From NCBI GenBank assembly GCA_028869005.1, contig JAGWTJ010000001.1:1-55289 (forward strand): 55,289 nucleotides of DNA, in the 5' to 3' direction. The position numbers were made by a program, and so were the translations under genes. Position 1 is the first letter of the stretch. The number at the start of each line of letters is the position of its first letter. The notes below the pieces were generated by a model. The model ran no database searches and was not told where the DNA came from. It was given only the letters and a program-made list of their open reading frames with translations. This DNA comes from Burkholderiales bacterium (GTDB lineage: Bacteria; Pseudomonadota; Gammaproteobacteria; Burkholderiales; Burkholderiaceae_C). Below, in pieces: positions 45,116 through 54,891 of the stretch.

Positions 45116-45143
45116 ACGTCGTGAGCGCTCCGTCGCCGCGTAC

Positions 45144-45782
45144 TCAGGCCGCGGCGGCCAGCCTGCGCAGCGCCTGCTCGAACACCTGCGGCGTCTGCGC
45201 ACCCGAGATGAGATGACGGCGGTCGACGACCACCGCCGGCACCGAGTGGATGCCCGCCTCCTGCCACTGCCGCTCGGCCGCGCGCACCTCGGCGGCGAAG
45301 GCGTCGCCGTCGAGGATTTGCGCCGCGTGCGTCGCGTCCAGGCCGCTCGCCGCGACGAGTTCGAGCAGCACGTCGCGCGCGCCCGGGTTGCGGCCCTGGC
45401 CGTGATAGGCGGCCAGCAGCGCGTGCTTCAACTTGCGCTGCGCCGCGGCGCCGGCCTCGGCGTGCGCCCATTGCAACAGCCGGTGCGCATCGAAGGTGTT
45501 CCAGACGCGTCCGCGCTCGCCGAATGCGAAGCCCACCGCCGCACCGCGCTCGCGGATGGCGGCCTGGTTGGCGCGGATCTGCGCCGCATCGATGCCGTAG
45601 CGGCGCGACAGGTATTCGATGGTGTCGGCCCCTTCGGCCGGCATGTCGGGGTTGAGCTCGAAGGGCTGGAACTCGATCTCCACGGGAATCGCGTCGCCGA
45701 TGTTGGCGAGCGCCTGTTCGAGCGAATTCAGCCCCACCGCGCACCACGGGCAGGCAACGTCGGAGACGAAGTCGATCTTCAT
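45144..45782 (-). CDS. DsbA family oxidoreductase (FrnE-like)
   Basis: IDFVSDVACPWC, PFELNP, NTFDAHRLL, GIHSVP, ISGAQ; [10 protein letters not shown]. Confidence 0.92.
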   Translation of the reverse strand: MKIDFVSDVACPWCAVGLNSLEQALANIGDAIPVEIEFQPFELNPDMPAEGADTIEYLSRRYGIDAAQIRANQAAIRERGAAVGFAFGERGRVWNTFDAHRLLQWAHAEAGAAAQRKLKHALLAAYHGQGRNPGARDVLLELVAASGLDATHAAQILDGDAFAAEVRAAERQWQEAGIHSVPAVVVDRRHLISGAQTPQVFEQALRRLAAAA

Positions 45783-45819
45783 GTGCGTGCTCCTTTGGCC
45801 GGCCGCGGCCGCTCTGAGT

Positions 45820-46668
45820 TCAACGCTTGCGCGCCAGCCGCGGGTCGAGCAGGTCGCGCAGGCCGTCGCCGATGAGGTTGAGGCCGAGCACGCTGGCCAT
45901 GATGGCCACGCCCGGGTAGACGGCGAGCATCGGCGCCTGGAACATCTGCGTCTGTGCCTCGTTGAGCATGCGGCCCCAGCTCGGCCGCGGCGGCTGCGTG
46001 CCCAGGCCGAGGTAGCTCAGCGCCGCCTCGGCCAGGATGGCGGTCGCAAACGAGATGCTCGCCTGCACGATGAGCGGACTGGCGATGTTGGGCAGCACGT
46101 GGTCGAGCGTGATCGCCAGCGGCCGCTTGCCGGCGGCGCGCGCCGCGGTGACGAACTCGCGCTTCCAGATCGCGTTGGCGCTGCCACGCGTGATGCGCGC
46201 GAACACGGGGATGTTGAAGATGCCGATGGCGACGATGCTCATCACCAGGCCCGGCCCGTAGATGGCAGTGAGCATGATCGCCGACAGCAGCGCCGGAAAG
46301 GCGAAAGTGAAGTCGCTGGCGCGCATCACCACTTCCTCGATCCAGCCGCGGCCCTCGGCGCGCGCGGCCGACGCCAGGCAGCCGAGCGCGACGCCGAGCG
46401 CGAGGCCGATGCCGACCGCGATCACGCCGACGACGATGCTGTTCTGCGAGCCCACCAGCAACTGCGAGGCGATGTCGCGGCCGAGACTGTCGGTGCCCAG
46501 CCAGTGCGCTGCCGAGGGCGGCTGCAGCTTGGCCGGGATGTCGATGTCGGCCGGCGGATAGGGCGACCAGACCAGCGAGAGCCCGGCAGCGAGCGCGAGC
46601 AGCGCCGTGAGCAGCGCGCCTGCGACGAAGCTCGGATGGCGCCGCGCGCGCTGCCAGAAGGTCGTCAT
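45820..46668 (-). CDS. Peptide/nickel ABC transporter permease (DppC-like)
   Basis: HWLGTDSLGRD, EFVTAARAAG, HVLPN, EAALSYLGLG, PSWG, NLIGDGLRDLLDP. Confidence 0.93.
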   Translation of the reverse strand: MTTFWQRARRHPSFVAGALLTALLALAAGLSLVWSPYPPADIDIPAKLQPPSAAHWLGTDSLGRDIASQLLVGSQNSIVVGVIAVGIGLALGVALGCLASAARAEGRGWIEEVVMRASDFTFAFPALLSAIMLTAIYGPGLVMSIVAIGIFNIPVFARITRGSANAIWKREFVTAARAAGKRPLAITLDHVLPNIASPLIVQASISFATAILAEAALSYLGLGTQPPRPSWGRMLNEAQTQMFQAPMLAVYPGVAIMASVLGLNLIGDGLRDLLDPRLARKR

Positions 46669-46679
46669 CGGACAAGCTC

Positions 46680-47636
46680 TCAGCCGGTGCGCAGCCGCGG
46701 GTCGATCACTGCGTACAGCACGTCGACGACGAAGTTCACCACCACCACCACGGCGGCCAGCAGCATGACGACGTCGCGCACGACGACCAGGTCGCGGTTG
46801 GCGATGGCCTGGAACACCAGGCGCCCGATGCCCGGCAGCACGAACACGCTCTCGACGACGATGGTGCCGGCGATGAGGTTGGCGAACTGCAGCCCGGCCA
46901 CCGTGAGCACCGGGATCATCGCGTTGCGCAGCACGTGGCGCCACAGCGCCTGGCGCTTGCTCAGGCCCTTGGCGCGCGCGGTGCGCACGAAGTCCTCGCG
47001 CATCACCTCGACCACCGACGAGCGCGTCATGCGCGCCAGGATCGCCGCCTGCACCACCGCCAGCGAGACGGCGGGCAGGATCAGCGCCCCGAGCCCTTGC
47101 CACAGGCCGCCGCCGTCGCTCTCGCTCCAGCCGGGAAAGCCGCCGGCGCTCACCCATTGCAACTGCACCGCGAACAGCAGGATCAGCAGGATTGCGAGCC
47201 AGAAGTTCGGAATCGCGATGCCGAGCTGGCTGGCGGCCATCACGCCGACATCGCCGAGCCGGTTGTGGCGCGACGCCGCGTACACGCCGAGCGCGAGCGC
47301 CAGCACGACGGTGAGCACCATCGCCAGCGCCGCCAGCGGCAGCGTGACTTGCAGCCGCTCGACGATCAGCTCCGCGGTCGGCGTGCCGTAGCTGATGCTG
47401 TCGGCGGTGCGTCGCTGCAGCAGGCCGCCGACCCAGTCGAGGTAACGCGTGAGCGGCGGCCGATCGAGGCCGAGCTTGGCCTGCAGCGCGGCCACTGCCT
47501 CCGGCGTCGCCGTGGTGCCGAGGATCACTTGCGCGGCGTTGCCCGGCAGCAGTTCGAGCACGGCGAACACCACCACCGACGCCACCGCCAACGTGGCGAC
47601 GAAGGCGGCAAAGCGCTTGAGCAGGAACACGAGCAT
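46680..47636 (-). CDS. Peptide/nickel ABC transporter permease (DppB-like)
   Basis: LGLDRP, IPNFW, EDFVRTARAKGL, HVLRNA, VESVF.LPGIG, VDVLYAVIDPR. Confidence 0.93.
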   Translation of the reverse strand: MLVFLLKRFAAFVATLAVASVVVFAVLELLPGNAAQVILGTTATPEAVAALQAKLGLDRPPLTRYLDWVGGLLQRRTADSISYGTPTAELIVERLQVTLPLAALAMVLTVVLALALGVYAASRHNRLGDVGVMAASQLGIAIPNFWLAILLILLFAVQLQWVSAGGFPGWSESDGGGLWQGLGALILPAVSLAVVQAAILARMTRSSVVEVMREDFVRTARAKGLSKRQALWRHVLRNAMIPVLTVAGLQFANLIAGTIVVESVFVLPGIGRLVFQAIANRDLVVVRDVVMLLAAVVVVVNFVVDVLYAVIDPRLRTG

Positions 47637-47684
47637 CGCGGTCTATGATGCCCGAGATGCCGAGCGCGCTCGGCGGAGGCCATC

Positions 47685-49148
47685 ATGAGTTCCGCTGCTG
47701 CTGCTGCATTCGATACTTCGCTCGTCTTCGTCGGCGGCCGCTGGCGGCGCTGCGCAGACGGCCGGACGCTGCCGCTGATCGATCCTTCGGACGGCTCGCC
47801 GCTGGGCGAGATCGCGCGCGGCAACGCGGCGGACGTCGACGCCGCCGTGCATGCGGCGCGCACTGCGCTCGACGGCGAGTGGGGCGCGCTCGCCGCCGCC
47901 GAGCGCGGCCGCGTGCTGCTGAAGATGAGCGCGCTCGTGCTGGAGCAGGCCGACGAACTGGCGCGGCTCGAAGCGCGCGACGTCGGCAAGCCGCTCAGGC
48001 AGGGCCGCGCCGACGCGCTGGCGCTGGCGCGCTATCTCGAGTTCTACGGCGGCGCGGCCGACAAGGTCATGGGCCAGACGATCCCGATCGCCAACGGCTA
48101 TACCGCGCTCACGCTGCGCGAGCCGCATGGCGTGACGGCGCACATCGTGCCGTGGAACTACCCGATGCAGATCATCGGCCGCAGCGTCGGCGCGGCGCTG
48201 GCGATGGGCAACGCCTGCGTGCTCAAGCCGGCGGAGGAGGCGTGCCTGACGGCGCTGGCCTTCGCGCACATCGCAGGGCTGGCGGGCCTGCCGGCGGGTG
48301 CACTGAACGTGGTGCCCGGCCTCGGCGAAGAGGCCGGTGCCGCGCTGTCGTCGCACGCCGGCATCGACCACATCTCGTTCACCGGCTCGGTCGCCGTCGG
48401 CGCGCTGATCCAGGCGGCAGCGGCGAAGAATGCTGTGCCGGTGACGTTGGAGTTGGGCGGCAAGAGCCCGCAGATCGTATTCGCCGACGCCGATCTCGAT
48501 GCGGCGCTGCCTTTCCTCGTCAACGCCGGAATACAGAACGCCGGCCAGACCTGCTCGGCGGCCAGCCGCATCCTGGTCGAGCGCAAGGTGTTCGACGAGG
48601 TCGTCGCGCGCATGGCCGAGCGCTATCGCGCACTGCGCGTCGGGCCGGCGCTCGACGACCCCGACGTGGGGCCGGTGATCTCCGCGCGACAGCACGAGAT
48701 CGTGAGCGGCTATCTCGATCTGGTGAAGGACAGCGGCCCGCACGTCGCCGCGCGGGCCACGCTGCCCGCGACGCTGCCCCGGGGCGGCTACTACGTCGCG
48801 CCGACGCTGGTGGCTGACGTGAGCCCGACGCACCGCATCGCGCAGGAGGAGATCTTCGGCCCGGTGCAGGCGGTGATCCCGTTCGACGGCGAGGCCGAGG
48901 CGCTGGCGATCGCCAACGGCACACCCTTCGGCCTCGTCGCCGGCGTGTGGACGCGCGACGGCGGCCGCGCGCTGCGCATGGCGCGCAAGCTGCGCTGCGG
49001 CCAGGTGTTCGTCAACAACTACGGGGCCGGCGGCGGCATCGAACTGCCGTTCGGCGGCGTCAAGCATTCGGGCCACGGGCGCGAGAAGGGCTTCGAGGCG
49101 CTGTACGGCTTTTCGGCGCTCAAGACCATCGCCATCAAGCACGACTGA
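47685..49148 (+). CDS. Aldehyde dehydrogenase family protein
   Basis: PWNYP, KPAE, FTGS, LELGGKSP, NAGQTC, EEIFGPV, PFGGVKHSG. Confidence 0.95.
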   Translation: MSSAAAAAFDTSLVFVGGRWRRCADGRTLPLIDPSDGSPLGEIARGNAADVDAAVHAARTALDGEWGALAAAERGRVLLKMSALVLEQADELARLEARDVGKPLRQGRADALALARYLEFYGGAADKVMGQTIPIANGYTALTLREPHGVTAHIVPWNYPMQIIGRSVGAALAMGNACVLKPAEEACLTALAFAHIAGLAGLPAGALNVVPGLGEEAGAALSSHAGIDHISFTGSVAVGALIQAAAAKNAVPVTLELGGKSPQIVFADADLDAALPFLVNAGIQNAGQTCSAASRILVERKVFDEVVARMAERYRALRVGPALDDPDVGPVISARQHEIVSGYLDLVKDSGPHVAARATLPATLPRGGYYVAPTLVADVSPTHRIAQEEIFGPVQAVIPFDGEAEALAIANGTPFGLVAGVWTRDGGRALRMARKLRCGQVFVNNYGAGGGIELPFGGVKHSGHGREKGFEALYGFSALKTIAIKHD

Positions 49149-49238
49149 ACGGCGCCGGGCCGGGCCCGGCCTGCTCACGCAGGCGGCGGAGCAAGGGCGG
49201 CCCGGGCGCATCCGATCGACACAGCGAGGACGAAGAAC

Positions 49239-50003
49239 ATGCGACTGCAAGGCAAGGTGGCCGTCGTGACCGGCGGCGGATCGGGGTTCGGCGCGGGCAT
49301 CTGCGCCAAGTTCGTGGCCGAAGGGGCGAAGGTGGTGGTGGCCGACCTCAACCTCGACGGCGCGAGGGCGGTGGCCGCCGCGCTCGGTGCGTCCACCCTG
49401 CCGCTGCGCGCCGACGTGTCGCAGGCGGCCGACGTGCGCGCCATGCTCGACGCCGCCGAGCGCCAGTTCGGCGGCCTCGACATCCTCGTCAACAACGCCG
49501 GCGTCACGCACCTGCCGGGGCCGCTCGAAGCGGTGGACGAGGACGACTTCGACCGCATCGTCGCCGTCAACATGAAGGCCATCTATCACGCGATGCGCGA
49601 GGCGGTGCCGCGCTTGAAGGCCCGGACGCCCGGCGCGCACGGCATCCGCGGCGTGGTGCTCAACATCGCCAGCACAGCCGGCGTGAGCCCGCGGCCGCGC
49701 CTGGCCTGGTACAACGCGAGCAAGGGCTGGGTCATCACGGCCACGCGCGCCAGCGCCGTCGAATTGGCGCCGTTCGGCATCCGCGTCGTCGCGCTGAATC
49801 CGGTGGCCGGCGAGACGCCGCTGCTCAGGAGCTTCATGGGCGAGGACACGCCCGAGATGCGCGCCAGGTTCCTCGCGACGATCCCGATCGGGCGCTTCTC
49901 GACGCCCGAGGACCTGGGCAACGCGGCGTGCTTTCTCGTCAGCGACGAGGCCAGCATGATCACCGGCGTGTGCATGGAAGTGGACGGCGGGCGCTGCATC
50001 TGA
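49239..50003 (+). CDS. Short-chain dehydrogenase/reductase
   Basis: TGGGSGFG, LVNNAG, YNASK, EVDGGRCI. Confidence 0.93.
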   Translation: MRLQGKVAVVTGGGSGFGAGICAKFVAEGAKVVVADLNLDGARAVAAALGASTLPLRADVSQAADVRAMLDAAERQFGGLDILVNNAGVTHLPGPLEAVDEDDFDRIVAVNMKAIYHAMREAVPRLKARTPGAHGIRGVVLNIASTAGVSPRPRLAWYNASKGWVITATRASAVELAPFGIRVVALNPVAGETPLLRSFMGEDTPEMRARFLATIPIGRFSTPEDLGNAACFLVSDEASMITGVCMEVDGGRCI

Positions 50004-50050
50004 GCCCTCCCTTCTTGTCCGGCACGCCGCGTGTCGCGCGCGCGGCCGGC

Positions 50051-50476
50051 TCAGGCCAGCCGGTAGGTCTGCAGGTGGATGCTGGTTTCGGTGCTGCCTA
50101 TGCCCTTGATGAGGCGCACGCGCTCCAGCACGCGCGCCAGTTCGTTCAGATTGGCGGCGCGCAACTCGGCCAGCAGGTCCCAGCGACCGTTGGTGTCGTG
50201 CAGCGAGGCCACGCCGGGCTCGCCGAGCAGGTGCGCGACGACCTCATGCGTCTGGTTGCCTTCGACGGTGATGCTCATCCAGGCGCGGATGTCGTTGGGC
50301 TGGCTGTCGGGCCGTAGGCGCAGCGTGTAGCCGACGATCACGCCATCGGCTTCGAGTCGCGCGATGCGGTTGGCCACCGTGCCGCGCGAGACGCCGAGCT
50401 TGCGCGCCAGCGTGGCGAGCGCCGTGCGCGCGTCGGCACGCAACAGCGCCAGAAGCTGCAAATCAAGCGAGTCCAT
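50051..50476 (-). CDS. Lrp/AsnC family transcriptional regulator
   Basis: LRADAR..LATLARKLGVSRGTV.NRIARLE..GVI.GY HTH; HDTNGRWDL; divergent from ocd. Confidence 0.92.
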   Translation of the reverse strand: MDSLDLQLLALLRADARTALATLARKLGVSRGTVANRIARLEADGVIVGYTLRLRPDSQPNDIRAWMSITVEGNQTHEVVAHLLGEPGVASLHDTNGRWDLLAELRAANLNELARVLERVRLIKGIGSTETSIHLQTYRLA

Positions 50477-50599
50477 TGCGCATTCTGACATTTCGCAGAG
50501 ATGAAACGCCATCGAAGTGCCGATCTGCTGGTGATTTTGGCGCTTCTCATTGGCACGGTATGCACGAAGAATGAAGCCTTCGTTCCTTCCCGTGCCGCC

Positions 50600-51664
50600 A
50601 TGACGCTGTTGCTGACCACCACCGATGTTGCCGCCATCGTGGCCGCCTACGGGCTGCCGAAGCTGCTGGCGCGCCTGGCCGACGCGATCGAGTCGGACTT
50701 TTGCCGCTGGCCGGAGTTCGACAAGATGGTCCGCGTGGCGAGCCACTCGAAGGCCGGCGTGATCGAACTGATGCCGGTGGCCGACCGCAGGCACTACGCC
50801 TTCAAGTACGTCAACGGCCATCCCGGCAACCCGGCACGGGGACTGCCGACCGTGCTGGCCTTCGGCGCACTGGCCGACGTGGCCACGGGCGCGCCGCTGC
50901 TGATCTGCGAACTCACGCTGGCGACCGCGTTGCGCACCGCAGCTACATCGGCGCTGGCCGCGCGCGTGCTGGCGCGACCCGACGCGCGCTCGATGGCTCT
51001 GATCGGCAACGGCGCGCAGAGCGAGTTCCAGGCACTCGCGTTCCATCACCTGCTCGGCATCGCCGAGATCCGCGCCTACGACCCGGACCGCAAGGCGACG
51101 GCGCGGCTGCGCGCGCACCTGCGCGCGGCGGCCCCATCGCTCGTCGTGCGCGAATGCGCCAGCGCCGCCGAAGCGTCCCGCAGCGCCGACATCGTGACCA
51201 CCCTCACCGCCGACAAGCGCAACGCGGTGATCGTCTCCGGATCCATGCTGGAGCCGGGCATGCACCTGAACGCCGTGGGTGGCGACTGCCCGGGCAAGAC
51301 CGAGCTGGAACCCGCCGTACTCGCGGCAGCGCGCGTCTTCGTCGAGTACGAACCTCAGACCCGCATCGAAGGCGAGTTGCAGCAGATGCCGTCCGGATTC
51401 AACGCCACCGAGTTATGGCGAGTGCTCACTCATATCGCTCCGGGACGCGAACGGCGCGACGACATCACGCTGTTCGACTCGGTCGGTTTTGCGTTGGAAG
51501 ACTTCGCGGCGCTGCGACTGCTCGCCAGCGCGGCGCAGGAACTCGGCTGCGGCCGCGAACTCGACCTGGTTCCCGCGCTCGACGATCCGAAGGACCTGTT
51601 CGGCCTGCTCGGCAGCGCGGGTGTCCGCGCTCAGATGCCGCAGACTGAGATACCTTGCAAGTAA
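50600..51664 (+). CDS. ocd: Ornithine cyclodeaminase
   Basis: RVASHS..GVIELMP, FKYVNGHP, TALRTAATSA, IGNGAQSEFQ, NAVGGDCPGKTEL, FDSVGFALEDF, DPKDLF. Confidence 0.93.
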   Translation: MTLLLTTTDVAAIVAAYGLPKLLARLADAIESDFCRWPEFDKMVRVASHSKAGVIELMPVADRRHYAFKYVNGHPGNPARGLPTVLAFGALADVATGAPLLICELTLATALRTAATSALAARVLARPDARSMALIGNGAQSEFQALAFHHLLGIAEIRAYDPDRKATARLRAHLRAAAPSLVVRECASAAEASRSADIVTTLTADKRNAVIVSGSMLEPGMHLNAVGGDCPGKTELEPAVLAAARVFVEYEPQTRIEGELQQMPSGFNATELWRVLTHIAPGRERRDDITLFDSVGFALEDFAALRLLASAAQELGCGRELDLVPALDDPKDLFGLLGSAGVRAQMPQTEIPCK

Positions 51665-51668
51665 CTGC

Positions 51669-51923
51669 TCACAGACTGCTGTCGTGGCGGTCGGCAGCGG
51701 CCCACAGATCGGCAGCAAAGCGCGCATCGACCGCGCGCACCGACTCGGCGTAGTCGCGTACCGCCGCCGCTTCGGCAATGCGTTGCGCGCGAACGCGGCG
51801 CGCCGCCTGTACTTGGCGGCCCAGATGCAGCACCTGCTGCAGCCGCTCGAACCAGAGGGCCGCTCCACGGGCCGCATGTGTGGCAGCAAGCGGGGTCGGC
51901 GTGTACAGGCTGGTGGTCGACAT
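51669..51923 (-). CDS. Small hypothetical protein (84 aa)
   Basis: GAAAGGA RBS before ATG 51923; helical sequence ending DARFAADLWAAADRH; divergent from a LysR gene. Confidence 0.7.
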   Translation of the reverse strand: MSTTSLYTPTPLAATHAARGAALWFERLQQVLHLGRQVQAARRVRAQRIAEAAAVRDYAESVRAVDARFAADLWAAADRHDSSL

Positions 51924-52050
51924 TTCAATCCTTTCGCTGGCATGCGCTCGCATGCCGTATGGCGCACATATTAGGGATTGCCCTAAAACCATTCAAACGA
52001 AAGTTGGTGATCCATAAAATAAGCACCGTGCATATCTCAGGCGCCACGCC

Positions 52051-52995
52051 ATGGTCCGATTCCGCACCCTCGATCTGAACCTGCTGCGCGTGTTCGATGC
52101 CGTCATGTCCGAAGGCGGCGTGACCCGCGCGGCCAAGGCGCTGTCGCTCACCCAGCCCGCGGTCAGCCAGGCGCTGCGCCGGCTGCGCGAGGCGCTCGGC
52201 GACGAGCTCTTCACGCGCACCTCGCAAGGGCTGCGCCCGACGCCGCGCGCCGAGTGGCTGTGGCCGCAGGTGCGCGGTGCGCTGGCCAGTCTGCACCAGG
52301 CGATCGCTCCCGAGCACTACGACCCGCGGCGCGACCCGGCGTCATGGCGCCTGGCGATGGCCGATGCCGCGGCGGCGCGCCTCATGCCGCCGCTGATGTC
52401 GGCACTCGAAGCGCTGGGCGGTCGCGTCGACCTGCGTGCCCTGCCGCTACTCACGCGCGACCCGAGGCCGTTGCTGGACAGCGGCGAAATCGATCTGGCC
52501 CTCGGCTCTTTTCCCGCCGCCGTGCAGGCGATCGCCGCGGCCGGCCCCGACACCACGCTGCGCCACGAGCGTCTGTACGACACGCGCTACGTGTGCGTGA
52601 TGCGGCGCGACCATCCGCTGGCGCGCGGCGAACTCACGCTGGACGCGTTCTGCGCCGCGCACCATCTGATGGTGAGCTTCTCGGGCCGCGCCCGCGGGCG
52701 ACTCGACCAGGCGCTGGCCGCGCTCGGCCGCGAGCGCCGCATCGTGCTGACGGTCAACCAGTACTTCACCGCCGGCCGCGTGGCGGCGCAGTGCGATCTG
52801 CTGGCGGTGCTGCCCGAATCGATCATCGACGCGACCGGCCTGCACGGACAGATCGAAGTGCGCGAACTGCCGCTCGCGCTGCCGCCGGTGACGGTCGCAA
52901 TGGTCTGGCACCTGCGCCACGACGCGCAAGCGGCGCATCGCTGGCTGCGCGAGCAACTGCGCGCCGCCGGCGCGGCGAGCACCGTCAGTCGATGA
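52051..52995 (+). CDS. LysR family transcriptional regulator
   Basis: LDLNLLRVFDAV, TQPAVSQALRRLR, DELFTR, YVCVMRRDHP, AHRWLRE. Confidence 0.95.
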   Translation: MVRFRTLDLNLLRVFDAVMSEGGVTRAAKALSLTQPAVSQALRRLREALGDELFTRTSQGLRPTPRAEWLWPQVRGALASLHQAIAPEHYDPRRDPASWRLAMADAAAARLMPPLMSALEALGGRVDLRALPLLTRDPRPLLDSGEIDLALGSFPAAVQAIAAAGPDTTLRHERLYDTRYVCVMRRDHPLARGELTLDAFCAAHHLMVSFSGRARGRLDQALAALGRERRIVLTVNQYFTAGRVAAQCDLLAVLPESIIDATGLHGQIEVRELPLALPPVTVAMVWHLRHDAQAAHRWLREQLRAAGAASTVSR

Positions 52996-54184
52996 CGGCG
53001 GCGATGGCCTCGGCCGTGCGTTCGACGTTGCCCCGGTTCAGGCCCGCCACGCAGATGCGGCCCGAGCGCACCAGGTAGACGGCGTACTCCTCGCGCAGCC
53101 GGTCGACCTGCGGCGCCGTGAGGCCGGTGTAGCTGAACATGCCGCGTTGCGTGAGGAAGTAGCCGAAGTCGCGACCCGGCTTCTTGGCGCTCAGCACGGC
53201 GTGCAGGCTGCGCCGCATCGCCAGGATGCGCATGCGCATCGCGGCCACGTCGGCCTCCCACAGGGTGCGCAGATCGTGCTCGCCGAGCACCCGGCTCACG
53301 ATGCCCGCGGCGTGGATCGCCGGGCTCGAATAGATGCGCCGCACGATGGCCTTGAGCTGACCGAGCACGAGGGCGGCCTCGTCGCGGTCGGCGCACACCA
53401 CCGACAGCGCGCCGGCGCGCTCGCCGTACACGCTCATGCTCTTCGAAAACGAGTTGGCGACGAAGAAGGACAGGCCCTCGCTCGCCAGCAGCCGCGGCGC
53501 GAAAGCGTCCTCGGCGATGCCGTCGCCGTAGCCCTGGTAAGCGAGATCGAGGAAGGGCAGCAACTGGCGTTCGCGCAGCACCGGCACGAGCGCGCGCCAC
53601 TGCTCGTGCGTGAGGTCGACGCCGGTCGGGTTGTGGCAACAGGCGTGCAGCAGCACGACGCTGCGCGGCGGCAGCGCGGCGAGCGCCGTGCACATCGCAT
53701 CGAAGCGCACGCCGCCGCCGGCCGCATCGTAGTAGGGGTAGCTGTGCACCGCGATGCCCGCGCCCTCGAACATCGCGCGGTGGTTGTCCCAGCTCGGATC
53801 GCTGATCCACACCTCGCTCGCCGGCAGCCAGCGACGGATGAAGTCGGCCCCGACCTTCAGGCCGCCGCTCGAGCCCACCGTCTGCAGCGTGGCGATGCGC
53901 CCAGAGCCGAGTGCCGGATGGTCGGCACCGAACAGCAGCGCCTGCACGGCCGCGCGCATCGACAGCGCGCCCTCCATCGGCAGATAGGGCTTGGCGCCGT
54001 CCTCGGCGAGCATGCGCGCCTCGGCCAGGTGCACGCATTCGAGCACCGGGATGCGCCCGGCGTCGTCGAAGTAGATGCCGATCGACAGGTTCACCTTGTG
54101 CGCGCGCGCATCGGTCTGGAAGGCTTCGTTCAGGCTGAGGATCGGGTCGCCCGCGTAGGGGTCGAGGTGGCCGAAGAGAGTCAT
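52985..54184 (-). CDS. tyrB: Aromatic amino acid aminotransferase
   Basis: GDPILSL, KVNLSIGIY, HACCHNPTG, DLAYQG, SFSKSMSVYGERAG, QRGMFSYTGL. Confidence 0.92.
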   Translation of the reverse strand: MTLFGHLDPYAGDPILSLNEAFQTDARAHKVNLSIGIYFDDAGRIPVLECVHLAEARMLAEDGAKPYLPMEGALSMRAAVQALLFGADHPALGSGRIATLQTVGSSGGLKVGADFIRRWLPASEVWISDPSWDNHRAMFEGAGIAVHSYPYYDAAGGGVRFDAMCTALAALPPRSVVLLHACCHNPTGVDLTHEQWRALVPVLRERQLLPFLDLAYQGYGDGIAEDAFAPRLLASEGLSFFVANSFSKSMSVYGERAGALSVVCADRDEAALVLGQLKAIVRRIYSSPAIHAAGIVSRVLGEHDLRTLWEADVAAMRMRILAMRRSLHAVLSAKKPGRDFGYFLTQRGMFSYTGLTAPQVDRLREEYAVYLVRSGRICVAGLNRGNVERTAEAIAAVID

Positions 54185-54232
54185 CGACGGGCTCGTAGGG
54201 TGTGTCGGTTGGGAGGGGTGTCGTCGCCGCGG

Positions 54233-54724
54233 TCAGGCCGCGAGCGCCTTCTCGATGTCGGCGCGCAACGATTCGGGGGTGTCGCTCGGTGCGTAGCGGC
54301 GCAGGACCTTGCCGTCGCGCCCGACCAGGAACTTGGTGAAGTTCCACTTGATCGCCTCGGTACCGAGCAGGCCCGGCGCTTGCGCCTTCAGCCACTGCCA
54401 CAGCGGATGGGCGAGCGCGCCGTTGACCTCGACCTTGGCCATCATCGGGAAGCTCACGCCGTAGTTGCGCTGGCAGAACGATTCGATCTCGCCGTTGTTG
54501 CCCGGATCCTGGCCGCCGAACTCGTTGCTCGGGAAGCCGACGATCACCAGCCCCTGGTCGCGGTAGTCGTGCCACAGCGTCTCGAGCCCGCCGAACTGCG
54601 GCGTGAAGCCGCACTGGCTGGCGGTGTTGACGATCAGCAGCACCTTGCCGCGCTGCGCAGCCAGCTGGGCCCGTTTGCCCTCGATGGACAGCGCTTCGAA
54701 ATCGTAGACGCTCGTCTTGGCCAT
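54233..54724 (-). CDS. Glutathione peroxidase (Cys type)
   Basis: GKVLLIVNTASQCGFTPQ, GFPSNEFGGQ, IKWNFTKFL. Confidence 0.95.
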   Translation of the reverse strand: MAKTSVYDFEALSIEGKRAQLAAQRGKVLLIVNTASQCGFTPQFGGLETLWHDYRDQGLVIVGFPSNEFGGQDPGNNGEIESFCQRNYGVSFPMMAKVEVNGALAHPLWQWLKAQAPGLLGTEAIKWNFTKFLVGRDGKVLRRYAPSDTPESLRADIEKALAA

Positions 54725-54839
54725 GCTTCGATCCTCACGCCGAAGGCGCGCCGGGCATGTTAGTCCGCGCGCGCAAGGCGCGCTGAGTAGCCCACGCGCC
54801 CGGCGCACCGAACGCCATCCTGCCGCCGGGCCGACGGCA

Positions 54840-54868
54840 TTGACAGCCCGCGGGGCCGGCCCCACGAT
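54840..54868 (+). promoter_or_regulatory. Sigma70-type promoter
   Basis: TTGACA (54840-54845), 17 nt spacer, CACGAT (54863-54868), upstream of ATG 54892. Confidence 0.65.
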
Positions 54869-54891
54869 GGCCCGCCGTTTTGCCCTGCCGC

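Noticed and set aside
50550-50566. Sigma54 promoter upstream of ocd (TTGGCACGGTATGCA)
   Set aside because: GG to GC spacing is 8 nt rather than the required 10.
54233-54724. Selenocysteine glutathione peroxidase
   Set aside because: The active-site codon is TGC (Cys); there is no in-frame TGA.
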